This document shows, piece by piece, positions 37,803 to 45,917 of a stretch of 64,000 nt of DNA (positions within the stretch are counted from its first letter, which is position 1; every line of letters begins with the position of its first letter). The DNA comes from Candidatus Poriferisodalis sp. Lineage in GTDB: Bacteria > Actinomycetota > Acidimicrobiia > Acidimicrobiales > Poriferisodalaceae. The notes beneath the pieces are model-generated. The model saw nothing but the letters and a program-made list of their open reading frames with translations. It did not search any database and had not been told where the DNA came from. The translations under genes were made by a program, and so were the position numbers. The stretch spans positions 1,048,840 through 1,112,839 of the forward strand of contig NZ_OZ241968.1 in NCBI RefSeq assembly GCF_965204125.1. The letters are read 5' to 3'.

Positions 37803-40700
37803 CTAGGGAGTCTTGACGCTGCTCGAGACAGCGATCCGCACCTGCGAGGAAGCGTTGAAGTTCTCATCAACCTTGTCCTGTGCGCCGGTGTTGTCGGCCC
37901 CTGTCACAGCGTCAACGGCGTAGCCGGTAGCGACTGCTGGCACCGCCGGGAACGCTGCGATCGCCGGAGGACCGGTGACCGCGGTGCCGCCGCCGGTGCC
38001 TGCCGCGGTCTGCACGAGATCGCGTGCCATCGGCAGGTTCTTCACCAGCGCTGTCTCCATCTCATACCGCACCTTGCGCGTCGGAGGCGTGGCCGTGACC
38101 ACTGTCTCGGTCAGCGCCGGGGTGTCGGCGGAGAGGTCGTCGACGATCCTGAGACCGCCGTCGGCTGTATCGGCGGTCGGTGCCGTGCGGATCCGGGTGA
38201 TGCCCGCTGCGAGCGTCTCGGCCGCAGTCGGCCGGGTGCGCACCGCAGCCGGCGCCAGGATGTCGGCCAGCAGTTCGTCGTTGGTGACGACGTCGACGAA
38301 GGCGTTGAAGTTCACCTCGATGGCGAACTGCGTACGCCCGGTACCGCTGGCGGCAACCGACTGGTTCCGAACCGTGAGCAAGCCCAGTCGCACCTTGGGG
38401 TCGCCGTTCTCGCAGTCTCCGAAGCCTGCGGTGAACCGTGCGTCGAAGGCGGCGTTCGCCTTCAACGCGGCGAGCAGGTCGCCCAGGGTGGCCGTGACGG
38501 GACCGTTGTTGAACCGCACCGTGACCCGCTGGCCCTTGGTGTCGACGCGCACGTCGATGTCCAGCGGCTTCTGGGCGCTGTAGGTGCTGGCCCGGTCGAA
38601 CACCATCGTCCAGCCGTTGCCCGCAGCGCCGTCGGCGTCGCCGCCGGGCTTCGCGGTGATCACGATCTCGTCGTCGTTGACCTCGGCTGCGCCTGCCACG
38701 AGTGTCTCGGGCACTGTCCACGAGGCTCTCGCGGAGTGCTTGAGATTGCTCATCAGGATCGAGCTGATCTTCGGGCTGGCCTGCGCCTTGATCGCCGTGC
38801 CGGAAGTCCCGGCGCTCACGTTGCCCGACGTGTCAGCAACAGCACCCGGGCTGATGACCAGCCGGTCACCGGGCTCCAAGGGGCGGTTGATGGTGACCGT
38901 CGCAGTGGCCGCACCGGCAGTGTGATCCACCGCCGGAGCCGGGTCCGCAGCAGCACCAGGCCCCGGAACGAGCCTCACCTCATTGGTGGCGAGCACCGCG
39001 GTGCCCGCAATCATGACGTTGTCGGAGAAGCTGACGTTGAACAGGCTCCTGGGCTCCCTCGCACCCGCGATGCCGACGATCGAGATCGTCGGACGTGCAC
39101 GGTCCGGCGGGGCAGCCATCACGGTCTCCGAGGTCGGCGCAACAGTGCGCTGGTCCTTGCCGGTGCCGAACTTGGCGGTCGACGAAACGACCGAGATCGT
39201 GTCGCCGCCCTTGAGCGGCTGGCCGAGCGTGACGTCGATCCGGCGCTTGTCGCACGCGCCGCCGGTGTTGCTCGACGCCACGTGGGAGACGACAGCGGGC
39301 ACGCCGTTGATCTCGATGAGATCCTGCAGCTTCGCCAGGTCAGGCTCGACGTCGTCGCTGAAGTACAGCGTGAACACCGGACCAGTCGAACTCGCCGGTG
39401 TCGTGGCATCGACGAGGATCGTCGTAGTGGTGTCGGGCCGCACCGGGTCGTCCTGGTTGATGGCCTTGTCCTTGTTGGTGTCGCTGTTGGCGCCGATCGC
39501 CACGGTGAGCGCACCCGACGAAGCAGCCGCTTCGATGGCGGCGTCCATGGTGGCCTGGCTGACCGCAGCGGTGCCGCCGATGGCGACGATGCCCAGGTTC
39601 AGCTTGTCGGCGCCGATGTTCTTGGGCGTCGCAGCGAGGTAGTCGCGCACCGACGCGGGCAGGCTGTTGGCGTCGCCCATCGGCTCGTTGACCACCAGCG
39701 GGGTCACCATGAACCCGCCGGTCAGGCTCGTGGCCAGCACCGGGGCGGCGACCACGCCGTCGGGATTGCCGCGCACGAGCGCGACCCGATCGGCGGACAC
39801 CAGTCCCAATGTGTCCTTGCAGCCGTCGTTGGCCATCTTGGCCAGCTCCACCGACACCGCCGAAGCCGACGCGCCGTCGACACGGGCCACCGTGTCCACG
39901 CCCAATGTGGTCAAAGCCGAGGCAACCCCAGCAGACACGATGTCGGTGCTGCCGATGATCTGCACATGCTCGATGTCGTTCTCAGAGATGAACTCAGCCG
40001 TCGCGTCAGGCAGCTCATCAGCAGCGGTCATCAGCAGCGGAAGCTGCATCCGGTACACGGCGGTCTGCACCGCCACGCCGTAGGCGAGCATGTCGGTGCC
40101 GCCGTTGATCAGCACAGCAGACGCCGCGTCGGTGCCGCACCACGACGACACCGAATCGATCTTGCCCGCAAGGTTCGCGGCCGTCTCATAGCGGTCAGTG
40201 CCCCCGATGCGCGTCACCATGGGCTTGTTGTTCAGGCCCTCGATCGCAGTGAGCGTCGCGTCGTCCACCGCAGCCGTGCCGCCCAGCACGTAGACCGTGT
40301 CGACGCCGTAGTCCTCGATGAAATCAGCGACGCCGCCGTGCAGGCTGCCCGTGGGGGTCAGCAGGATCGGAGCGTCGGCATAGCCGGCGAAACCGGCAAC
40401 CGAGATCGAATCGACCAACGTGTTGCCCGACGCCACGAACGCCACCGGAACAGCGCCCAGACCGCCCTTGGAGGTAGCGAAGTTCTTCGCCACCCGCAAA
40501 GCCGTGTCATAACGATCCTGACCAGCGAACTCACGTGCATCAGGCACGTTGTCGTTGTCCGTGTCGACCTTCACCTCGAAGGCCGTGTTTGCGGCCTGAG
40601 CAGGGCTTCCTGCTACGACCGCCAGCACCGACGCCATCAGCATCGCCGCCACGATCGCAGCCAGGGAACGCCTGCCACGCCGCTTCGAATAGGTAGTCAA
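37803..40700 (-). CDS. Large CWB2-anchored surface protein, putative S-layer-type paralog S2 (subfamily with S5)
   Basis: Conserved TTG start at 40700 (LTTYSKRRGRRSLAAIVAAMLMASVLAVVAGSPAQAANT); the ORF is open from 40727. CWB2 motifs GQDRYDTALRVAKNF, GGTDRYETAANLAGKI and DGASASAVSVELAKMA. C-terminal tail ENFNASSQVRIAVSSSVKTP. Confidence 0.85.
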   Translation of the reverse strand: MTTYSKRRGRRSLAAIVAAMLMASVLAVVAGSPAQAANTAFEVKVDTDNDNVPDAREFAGQDRYDTALRVAKNFATSKGGLGAVPVAFVASGNTLVDSISVAGFAGYADAPILLTPTGSLHGGVADFIEDYGVDTVYVLGGTAAVDDATLTAIEGLNNKPMVTRIGGTDRYETAANLAGKIDSVSSWCGTDAASAVLINGGTDMLAYGVAVQTAVYRMQLPLLMTAADELPDATAEFISENDIEHVQIIGSTDIVSAGVASALTTLGVDTVARVDGASASAVSVELAKMANDGCKDTLGLVSADRVALVRGNPDGVVAAPVLATSLTGGFMVTPLVVNEPMGDANSLPASVRDYLAATPKNIGADKLNLGIVAIGGTAAVSQATMDAAIEAAASSGALTVAIGANSDTNKDKAINQDDPVRPDTTTTILVDATTPASSTGPVFTLYFSDDVEPDLAKLQDLIEINGVPAVVSHVASSNTGGACDKRRIDVTLGQPLKGGDTISVVSSTAKFGTGKDQRTVAPTSETVMAAPPDRARPTISIVGIAGAREPRSLFNVSFSDNVMIAGTAVLATNEVRLVPGPGAAADPAPAVDHTAGAATATVTINRPLEPGDRLVISPGAVADTSGNVSAGTSGTAIKAQASPKISSILMSNLKHSARASWTVPETLVAGAAEVNDDEIVITAKPGGDADGAAGNGWTMVFDRASTYSAQKPLDIDVRVDTKGQRVTVRFNNGPVTATLGDLLAALKANAAFDARFTAGFGDCENGDPKVRLGLLTVRNQSVAASGTGRTQFAIEVNFNAFVDVVTNDELLADILAPAAVRTRPTAAETLAAGITRIRTAPTADTADGGLRIVDDLSADTPALTETVVTATPPTRKVRYEMETALVKNLPMARDLVQTAAGTGGGTAVTGPPAIAAFPAVPAVATGYAVDAVTGADNTGAQDKVDENFNASSQVRIAVSSSVKTP

Positions 40701-40720
40701 GGTTATGTTTCTCCTTGTTC
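40701..40720 (-). promoter_or_regulatory. Truncated leader of S2 (only the gaacaaggagaaacataacc part is shared with full leaders)
   Basis: Minus strand reads ccgttgcaca|gaacaaggagaaacataacc|TTG. Homology to the full leader begins exactly at gaacaaggag. Confidence 0.7.
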
Positions 40721-41088
40721 TGTGCAACGGGAGATGCTCCCGCTCTGCATTGTCAAACCCCGCGTCGTCGCGGTTTGTGACAGCGCCGACCGGTTGAAGG
40801 GCTCACCTCGGCACATTCGCACCCGGTGAGCCCCACCTGGTGTCCCGCCTACGCGAGGTACACGGAACAGGTCCAGTGTAACGACCTTCGCTGCCGCGTC
40901 ATAGGGGAAATTTCGGCCGATTTTCGAGCCGCCGCGACCGGTGCTTCCAGCGGTGTCGACCGGGCGCTCGGCGGCGAAGATCGCGAATGCTGTGGACCCT
41001 GCGGAGCGCTCAGCCGATCACGCCGAGGGCGTCGAGCGTCGATGGGCCGTGTGGCTGCGCGCTGGAGTCGGGGCTGTGCCGACGAGCG

Positions 41089-41379
41089 CTACGAGAAAAT
41101 GCCGAGCCCTACCACGACGCCGAGGATCGACACGCCGATTCCGGCCAGCCAGCGGAACTGGTGCCGCGCTTCCTTGCGGTCGGCCTCGCGGGCATCGACG
41201 AGCCGCTCGAACTTGGTATCGAGACGCTCGAACGCGGTATCGAGACGCGCGATGTCGCTCTTGGTGGCGAGATCGGGCAGCGGCACAGGGCTCAGACAGG
41301 ACATGACGTATTCGGCGAGCGACTCGTCGGCCTGCTCGCACCACCAAGCGTAGAGGCGGGAACGATCTTGTTCAGACAC
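41089..41379 (-). CDS. Small coiled-coil, C-terminally membrane-anchored protein (96 aa)
   Basis: GTG 41379 preceded by gaaaggaatccgct (SD). Sequence VSEQDRSRLYAWWCEQADESLAEYVMSCLSPVPLPDLATKSDIARLDTAFERLDTKFERLVDAREADRKEARHQFRWLAGIGVSILGVVVGLGIFS. Homologous relics lie at 63475-63890 and 61745-61840. Confidence 0.6.
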   Translation of the reverse strand: MSEQDRSRLYAWWCEQADESLAEYVMSCLSPVPLPDLATKSDIARLDTAFERLDTKFERLVDAREADRKEARHQFRWLAGIGVSILGVVVGLGIFS

Positions 41380-41513
41380 AGCGGATTCCTTTCTGCAGCG
41401 ATCCGCTGTGGACAGTAGGGAGCCTCTCTCAATTCGAAAAATGAATTTCATGTTGTTTTGTTGATTGCTGCAATTGGCGTCGGCTTGGCTGGCCGGCGTC
41501 GCCGTTGGCAGTC

Positions 41514-42713
41514 TCAGGAGGATCGGGGGCGGGGGGCTACGAAGTTGGCCCAGGCGGCCATGAGCTTGCGGCGTTGTTCGAACAGGTCGCCGCGGACGTA
41601 GGCGGCTTCGGTGCTGTTGCCCACCACGTGGGCGAGCGCCGCCTCGCCTACTGCCCACGGCGTGGTGGTGGCCTCGATGGTCCACGTCTTGAACGACGAG
41701 CGGAACCCGTGCACGGTGCAGTCGAGCTCGTTGGTGCGCAGCAGCTTCAGCAAGGTCTGCCAGCTCAGCGGATGGCCGGGCTTGAGCGGCGAGGGGAACA
41801 CCAGGCCCGAGTCGTCATTGAGCTCGCGGGCGGCGTCGAGCACCTCGAGCGCTTGCTGGCTGAGGGGAACACGGTGCTCGGTGCCCGACTTCATGCGCTC
41901 GCCGGGGATGCGCCAGGCGGCATCGGCTTCCTCTATCTCGCTCCAGCGGGCGCCGCGGGCCTCGGCAGAGCGCACGGCGGTGAGCACCAGGAACCGCAGG
42001 CAGAGCCGGGCTGCCTCTGAGGAGTTGGAGGCAGCCACCTGCCGCAGCGCTTGGCGCACGTCTCGGTAGTGCAGTGCCCGCTGGTGGTTGCGGATGCGCG
42101 GCATGGGCGGCAGCGCGGCGTCGATGCCGTCGCCGGCCGCGTTCGACCCGATGTGCTCGTGCAGCGCCATCGCATAAGAGAGAACAGTGCGGATGCGCTG
42201 GCGCACCCGCCGGGCCGTCTCGGGCTTGTCGTGCCAGATGGGATGCAGCACCTCGAGCACATGGGCCCGTGTGATGTGGTCGACCGGGAGCTCCAGCAGC
42301 GACTCGGCGTGGCGGTGAAGCGAGTCGAGCCATTCACGGGAGTGGCGCTCGTTGCGCCAGCGGGGCGCGTTGAGCGCATGCACCGAGGCTGCGGCTTGGG
42401 CGAAGGTGGGCACGGCGACGACCTGGCTGCCGGGGTCGGGCACCGCACGGCCGTTGACGAGCTGGGCGCGGGCCCGCAGCTCGGCGGTGCGCCGGCGGGC
42501 CTCGTCGAGGCTGACTGCCGGGTAGGCGCCGAGCCCGATGTCGCGGCGCTTGCCGTCGGCGGTGACCCGGGCGACCCATGAGCGGCTGCCCGACGGCTTG
42601 ACCACGAGCGTGAGCCCGCCTCCGTCGGCGTGCTTGCCGGGAAGCGCGCGCCCGATCTCGGCTGGGCTGAGTCTGCCTGGCTGTGCCACGTGTGCGCCTC
42701 TCGGGTTCCCCAC
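41514..42713 (-). CDS. int: Tyrosine recombinase / P4-type integrase (N-terminal arm-binding DUF4102-like domain + catalytic domain)
   Basis: N-terminus GGLTLVVKPSGSRSWVARVTADGKRRDIGLGAYPAVSLDEARRRTAELRA. Catalytic signatures LVLTAVRSAEARGARWSEI (R), HGFRSSFKTW (HxxR) and AAYVRGD (Y). Confidence 0.85.
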   Translation of the reverse strand: MGNPRGAHVAQPGRLSPAEIGRALPGKHADGGGLTLVVKPSGSRSWVARVTADGKRRDIGLGAYPAVSLDEARRRTAELRARAQLVNGRAVPDPGSQVVAVPTFAQAAASVHALNAPRWRNERHSREWLDSLHRHAESLLELPVDHITRAHVLEVLHPIWHDKPETARRVRQRIRTVLSYAMALHEHIGSNAAGDGIDAALPPMPRIRNHQRALHYRDVRQALRQVAASNSSEAARLCLRFLVLTAVRSAEARGARWSEIEEADAAWRIPGERMKSGTEHRVPLSQQALEVLDAARELNDDSGLVFPSPLKPGHPLSWQTLLKLLRTNELDCTVHGFRSSFKTWTIEATTTPWAVGEAALAHVVGNSTEAAYVRGDLFEQRRKLMAAWANFVAPRPRSS

Positions 42714-42839
42714 TGTGCCCCTCGAATATGGGGAACAAGACGCCGTCTAGGGAACGAATCGGTTTTGGGCAATCGGTTAGGTGATTTGTTGACCTGCGAC
42801 ATTCGAAGTTCCTCATATCGACGGGCGCAGCGATGCGAG

Positions 42840-42859
42840 GAACAAGGAGAAAAGGAACC
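42840..42859 (+). promoter_or_regulatory. Truncated leader of S3 (gaacaaggagaaaaggaacc)
   Basis: Reads gcgatgcgag|gaacaaggagaaaaggaacc|TTG. Homology to the full leader starts at the same gaacaaggag as in S2. A candidate -35/-10 pair is TTGACC 42789-42794 and TCATAT 42813-42818 (weak). Confidence 0.6.
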
Positions 42860-45748
42860 TTGACTATCCGAACGAAGCGGCGGGGCAGGCGTTCCCTCGC
42901 AGCGATCCTGGCGGCGATGCTCATGGCGTCGGTGCTAGCGGTCGTAGCGGGATCCCCAGCCCAGGCCGCAAACACATCTGGCGAGTATCTCGTCGAAGGC
43001 GAGCGTGAGTTCGCCGGTAGCGACCGCTACCAGACGGCGCTGAAGCTCGCCACCCGCTTCGCGGACGACCGCGGCGGCATCGGCTCGGTCTCAGCTGCGT
43101 TCATCGCATCGGGCGAGTCGCTGGTAGACGCCGTGTCGGTCTCCGGTCTTGCGGGCTTCATGGACGCCCCAGTCCTGTTGACGCAGTCGGGCAGCCTGCA
43201 TGGCGGCGTTGCCGACTACCTCGAGGACTACGGCATCGGCAACCTCTACGTGCTCGGCGGCGAGGCAGCCGTCAGCGGCGCAGTGGAAGATGCCCTGAAG
43301 GGTCTGGCCCACAGCCCGACGGTGACCCGCATCTCGGGCGACACCCGTTATGACACTTCGGCTGCTATTGCGTCGAACCTGTCGGGTGAGTCGTGGTGCG
43401 GCACCAACGAGAACTCCGCGATCATCGTGAACGGCTCCGATGAGGATCTGTTCAACGCTGTGGCGATCGGCCCGGTGGCCAACCGGCTCGAGCTTCCGGT
43501 GCTGCTGACTGCTGGCGACTCTCTCGTCGACGCAGTGGTCAGCTACATCGAGTCCGAAGATGTCGAGCATGCAGTTGTGGTCGGTGGCGAAGACAGCGTG
43601 TCTGCTGACGTCATGACCGCGCTGGGCAACGCCGGTGTGGACACGGTCGAGCGGATCGGTGGCGACTCTGCCGCTGCAGTCTCGGTCGCGATCGCTGGCG
43701 TGATCGGCGGCGACTGCGCCGACGACCTGTCGCCGGTGTCGGGCAACACGGTGGCGCTGATCAACAGCGACAGCGTGATCGACGGCATCCCGGCCGCTCC
43801 GGTGCTCGCTGACGACGGCGACCAGCTTGGCGGCGGTCTGATCCCGATCCTTGCGGTCGGCGACAGCCTGCCTGCTTCGGTGCGTGACTACCTGGCGGCG
43901 ACGCCTGAGGAAGACGGCGCTGGCAACAAGGTCCACCTGCGGGTGCTGGCCGTCGGCGGAACCGCTGCGGTAAGCGACGCGGTCATGTCAGCAGCGGTCG
44001 ACGCTGCTGCCTCGGCTGACGCGCTGACCGTCACGATCAGCGGTGCGGCCGACAAGGCCGACGCAGGTCTGGCAGCGTCCCGCGGTGGCACCATGATCCA
44101 CCTGCACTTCAGCGACGACATCTCGCGTGCTACGGATGCGAACCTTCGCAACAAGCTCGAGGATGTGCTGCAGATCAACGGCGTGCCTGCTGACGTGGCA
44201 GCCGATGCCCCCGGCACCGCTGCGCCGTGCGATCCCGACACCGTGACGGTGACGCTGGAGCGCACGCTGAAGGCTGGCGACGTGGTCTCCATCGTGGAGG
44301 GCGCGGTACTGGTGGGCGCCGACGGCGACCGCCGGCCCGTGCAGCCCACGTCGGCCACGGTGCCTGCGGCTGCGGTCGACAACCAGCGTCCGACGATCCG
44401 GATCGTGGCCATCATCGGCCACACCGAGCTGTACGGCCTGGTGTCCGACGATACGGCGCTGGCCGAGACAGCAATGTTGTCTTCAACAGCACTGACCGGT
44501 ACTGCTCTGTCGGACCTCTTCGAGGTGACCGCTGGCGATGTCGGCATCGTGAGCTATACCTCGAGTGCGACGTTCCCGACGGACGGAACTGCGGCTCCGA
44601 AGACTTCGCTGCTGACGTTCACCCTCGGCGACGACCCGAACAGGGACGGCACCCAGGTCGGCACGATCGACTCCAGCGATCGCTTCCGGGCCAACCGTGG
44701 AGCTATCGAGGACGCCTCCGAGAACGAGAGCCAGGTCACCACGGGCGTGCCCGTGTCGCCTGTCAGCCAGCTGCGAGTGAGCAGCGTGCAGATGAGCAAC
44801 CTGAAGCACAACGCTCAGGCCATCGCACCGATCCCGTCGGCGCATCAGGGCGCTACCGCTCCCGATCAGGCGACGGGGCGCAGTGTTACGCAGGCGCAGG
44901 GCAATGAGGCTGTGTGGCTGCAGGCCAAGGAGGACGGCGCCGCGGCTGGTGCGTTCGGCAACGGCTGGACCATCCGTGCAGACAGGGCGAGCACTTGGGA
45001 CATGAAGAAGGACGCCGACATCGACGTCTTCATCAGCACCAAGGACCGTCGGATCGTGGTGCGGATCGTCAACGGCGAGCCGACGTTCTCTGACCTGAAG
45101 GCTGCCCTGGAGGGCAACGCGACGGTTAACAGCCTGTTCAACGTCCTCGTGGACAACTCGTACCTCGACGACAACACGGACACCTGCAAGGCTGCGAACC
45201 ACAAGCTGATGCATGCGCTGCTGCCAGTGTCGACTGCAGAAGACGCAGGCGACGGTGACGACATCGCCACTCTTGACGGTGGCAACACCCAGGCGAACAT
45301 CAGGGTGACCTTCAACGGCTACGTCGAAGACATCACCGCTGCTCAGTCCACCCAGCTGATGACGCACGTGCTGGCCGACGCACTGAAGCGTGCGACGGCC
45401 GCTGGTGTCGCTGACCAGGCGGCCCTGCTGACGGCGCTCACTGCAACGACTGATGACTTCGTGAAGGCTGCTTCAGCCGGACCGACGCGGACTGGCATGT
45501 TCGACATCAGCACCGGCAACGCTGCGGCTCTGCCGAAGGCGCGGGACATCGTCGAGATTCCCGACGGCTTCGCCAAGAACGCCGACGGCACGCCGACTGA
45601 CAGTGACACCAGCACCACTGCCATTGACCGGACGGACTCCAACTCGGTGGCCAACGGCTACGGCGACACTGCCGCTGGCGATAACGACTGGAACTACGGT
45701 TCGAAGATCCGCATCGTCACCAGCAGCGCCGTTCCTGCACCCGAGTAG
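42860..45748 (+). CDS. Large CWB2-anchored surface protein, putative S-layer-type paralog S3
   Basis: TTG 42860 (LTIRTKRRGRRSLAAILAAMLMASVLAVVAGSPAQAANT); the ORF is open from 42833. CWB2 motifs as in S1. Shared internal blocks RFRANRGAIED..ESQVTTGVPVSPV and WLQAKEDGAAAGAFGNGWTIRADRASTWD. Tail NDWNYGSKIRIVTSSAVPAPE. Confidence 0.85.
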   Translation: MTIRTKRRGRRSLAAILAAMLMASVLAVVAGSPAQAANTSGEYLVEGEREFAGSDRYQTALKLATRFADDRGGIGSVSAAFIASGESLVDAVSVSGLAGFMDAPVLLTQSGSLHGGVADYLEDYGIGNLYVLGGEAAVSGAVEDALKGLAHSPTVTRISGDTRYDTSAAIASNLSGESWCGTNENSAIIVNGSDEDLFNAVAIGPVANRLELPVLLTAGDSLVDAVVSYIESEDVEHAVVVGGEDSVSADVMTALGNAGVDTVERIGGDSAAAVSVAIAGVIGGDCADDLSPVSGNTVALINSDSVIDGIPAAPVLADDGDQLGGGLIPILAVGDSLPASVRDYLAATPEEDGAGNKVHLRVLAVGGTAAVSDAVMSAAVDAAASADALTVTISGAADKADAGLAASRGGTMIHLHFSDDISRATDANLRNKLEDVLQINGVPADVAADAPGTAAPCDPDTVTVTLERTLKAGDVVSIVEGAVLVGADGDRRPVQPTSATVPAAAVDNQRPTIRIVAIIGHTELYGLVSDDTALAETAMLSSTALTGTALSDLFEVTAGDVGIVSYTSSATFPTDGTAAPKTSLLTFTLGDDPNRDGTQVGTIDSSDRFRANRGAIEDASENESQVTTGVPVSPVSQLRVSSVQMSNLKHNAQAIAPIPSAHQGATAPDQATGRSVTQAQGNEAVWLQAKEDGAAAGAFGNGWTIRADRASTWDMKKDADIDVFISTKDRRIVVRIVNGEPTFSDLKAALEGNATVNSLFNVLVDNSYLDDNTDTCKAANHKLMHALLPVSTAEDAGDGDDIATLDGGNTQANIRVTFNGYVEDITAAQSTQLMTHVLADALKRATAAGVADQAALLTALTATTDDFVKAASAGPTRTGMFDISTGNAAALPKARDIVEIPDGFAKNADGTPTDSDTSTTAIDRTDSNSVANGYGDTAAGDNDWNYGSKIRIVTSSAVPAPE

Positions 45749-45816
45749 GAGCTAGCTGCACAGTTGACCTAAACCGCTCGGGCGGCTTGCCCGCCTGATC
45801 GGAACAGCAAAACTGA

Positions 45817-45850
45817 GAAGAGCCCCGGGGCATCCGCCCCGGGGCTCTTC
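45817..45850 (+). terminator. Conserved hairpin terminator (copy T3) downstream of S3
   Basis: gaagagccccgggg-catccg-ccccggggctcttc. The 3' UTR at 45749-45816 is nearly identical to that of S1. Confidence 0.8.
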
Positions 45851-45917
45851 GCGTGTCCGCACGAGTTGTATTCGTTTCTGCTAGTTCGTACTACTAGAAC
45901 AACTAAGGTTCCTGTCG

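Noticed and set aside
41380-42860. A tRNA or tmRNA gene next to the P4-type integrase as its attachment site
   Set aside because: I could not find any cloverleaf-like segment or a GGTTCGAATCC-type T-arm in the flanks by eye. A tRNA scan should still be run, because eye inspection is weak evidence.
40701-42862. A simple single-promoter invertible switch, as in Campylobacter fetus sap
   Set aside because: - Both ends of the spacer carry their own TTGAC(A/C) -35-like hexamers facing S2 (40756-40751) and S3 (42789-42794).
- A single movable promoter is therefore not evident.
- It is kept only as a hypothesis inside the integrase finding.
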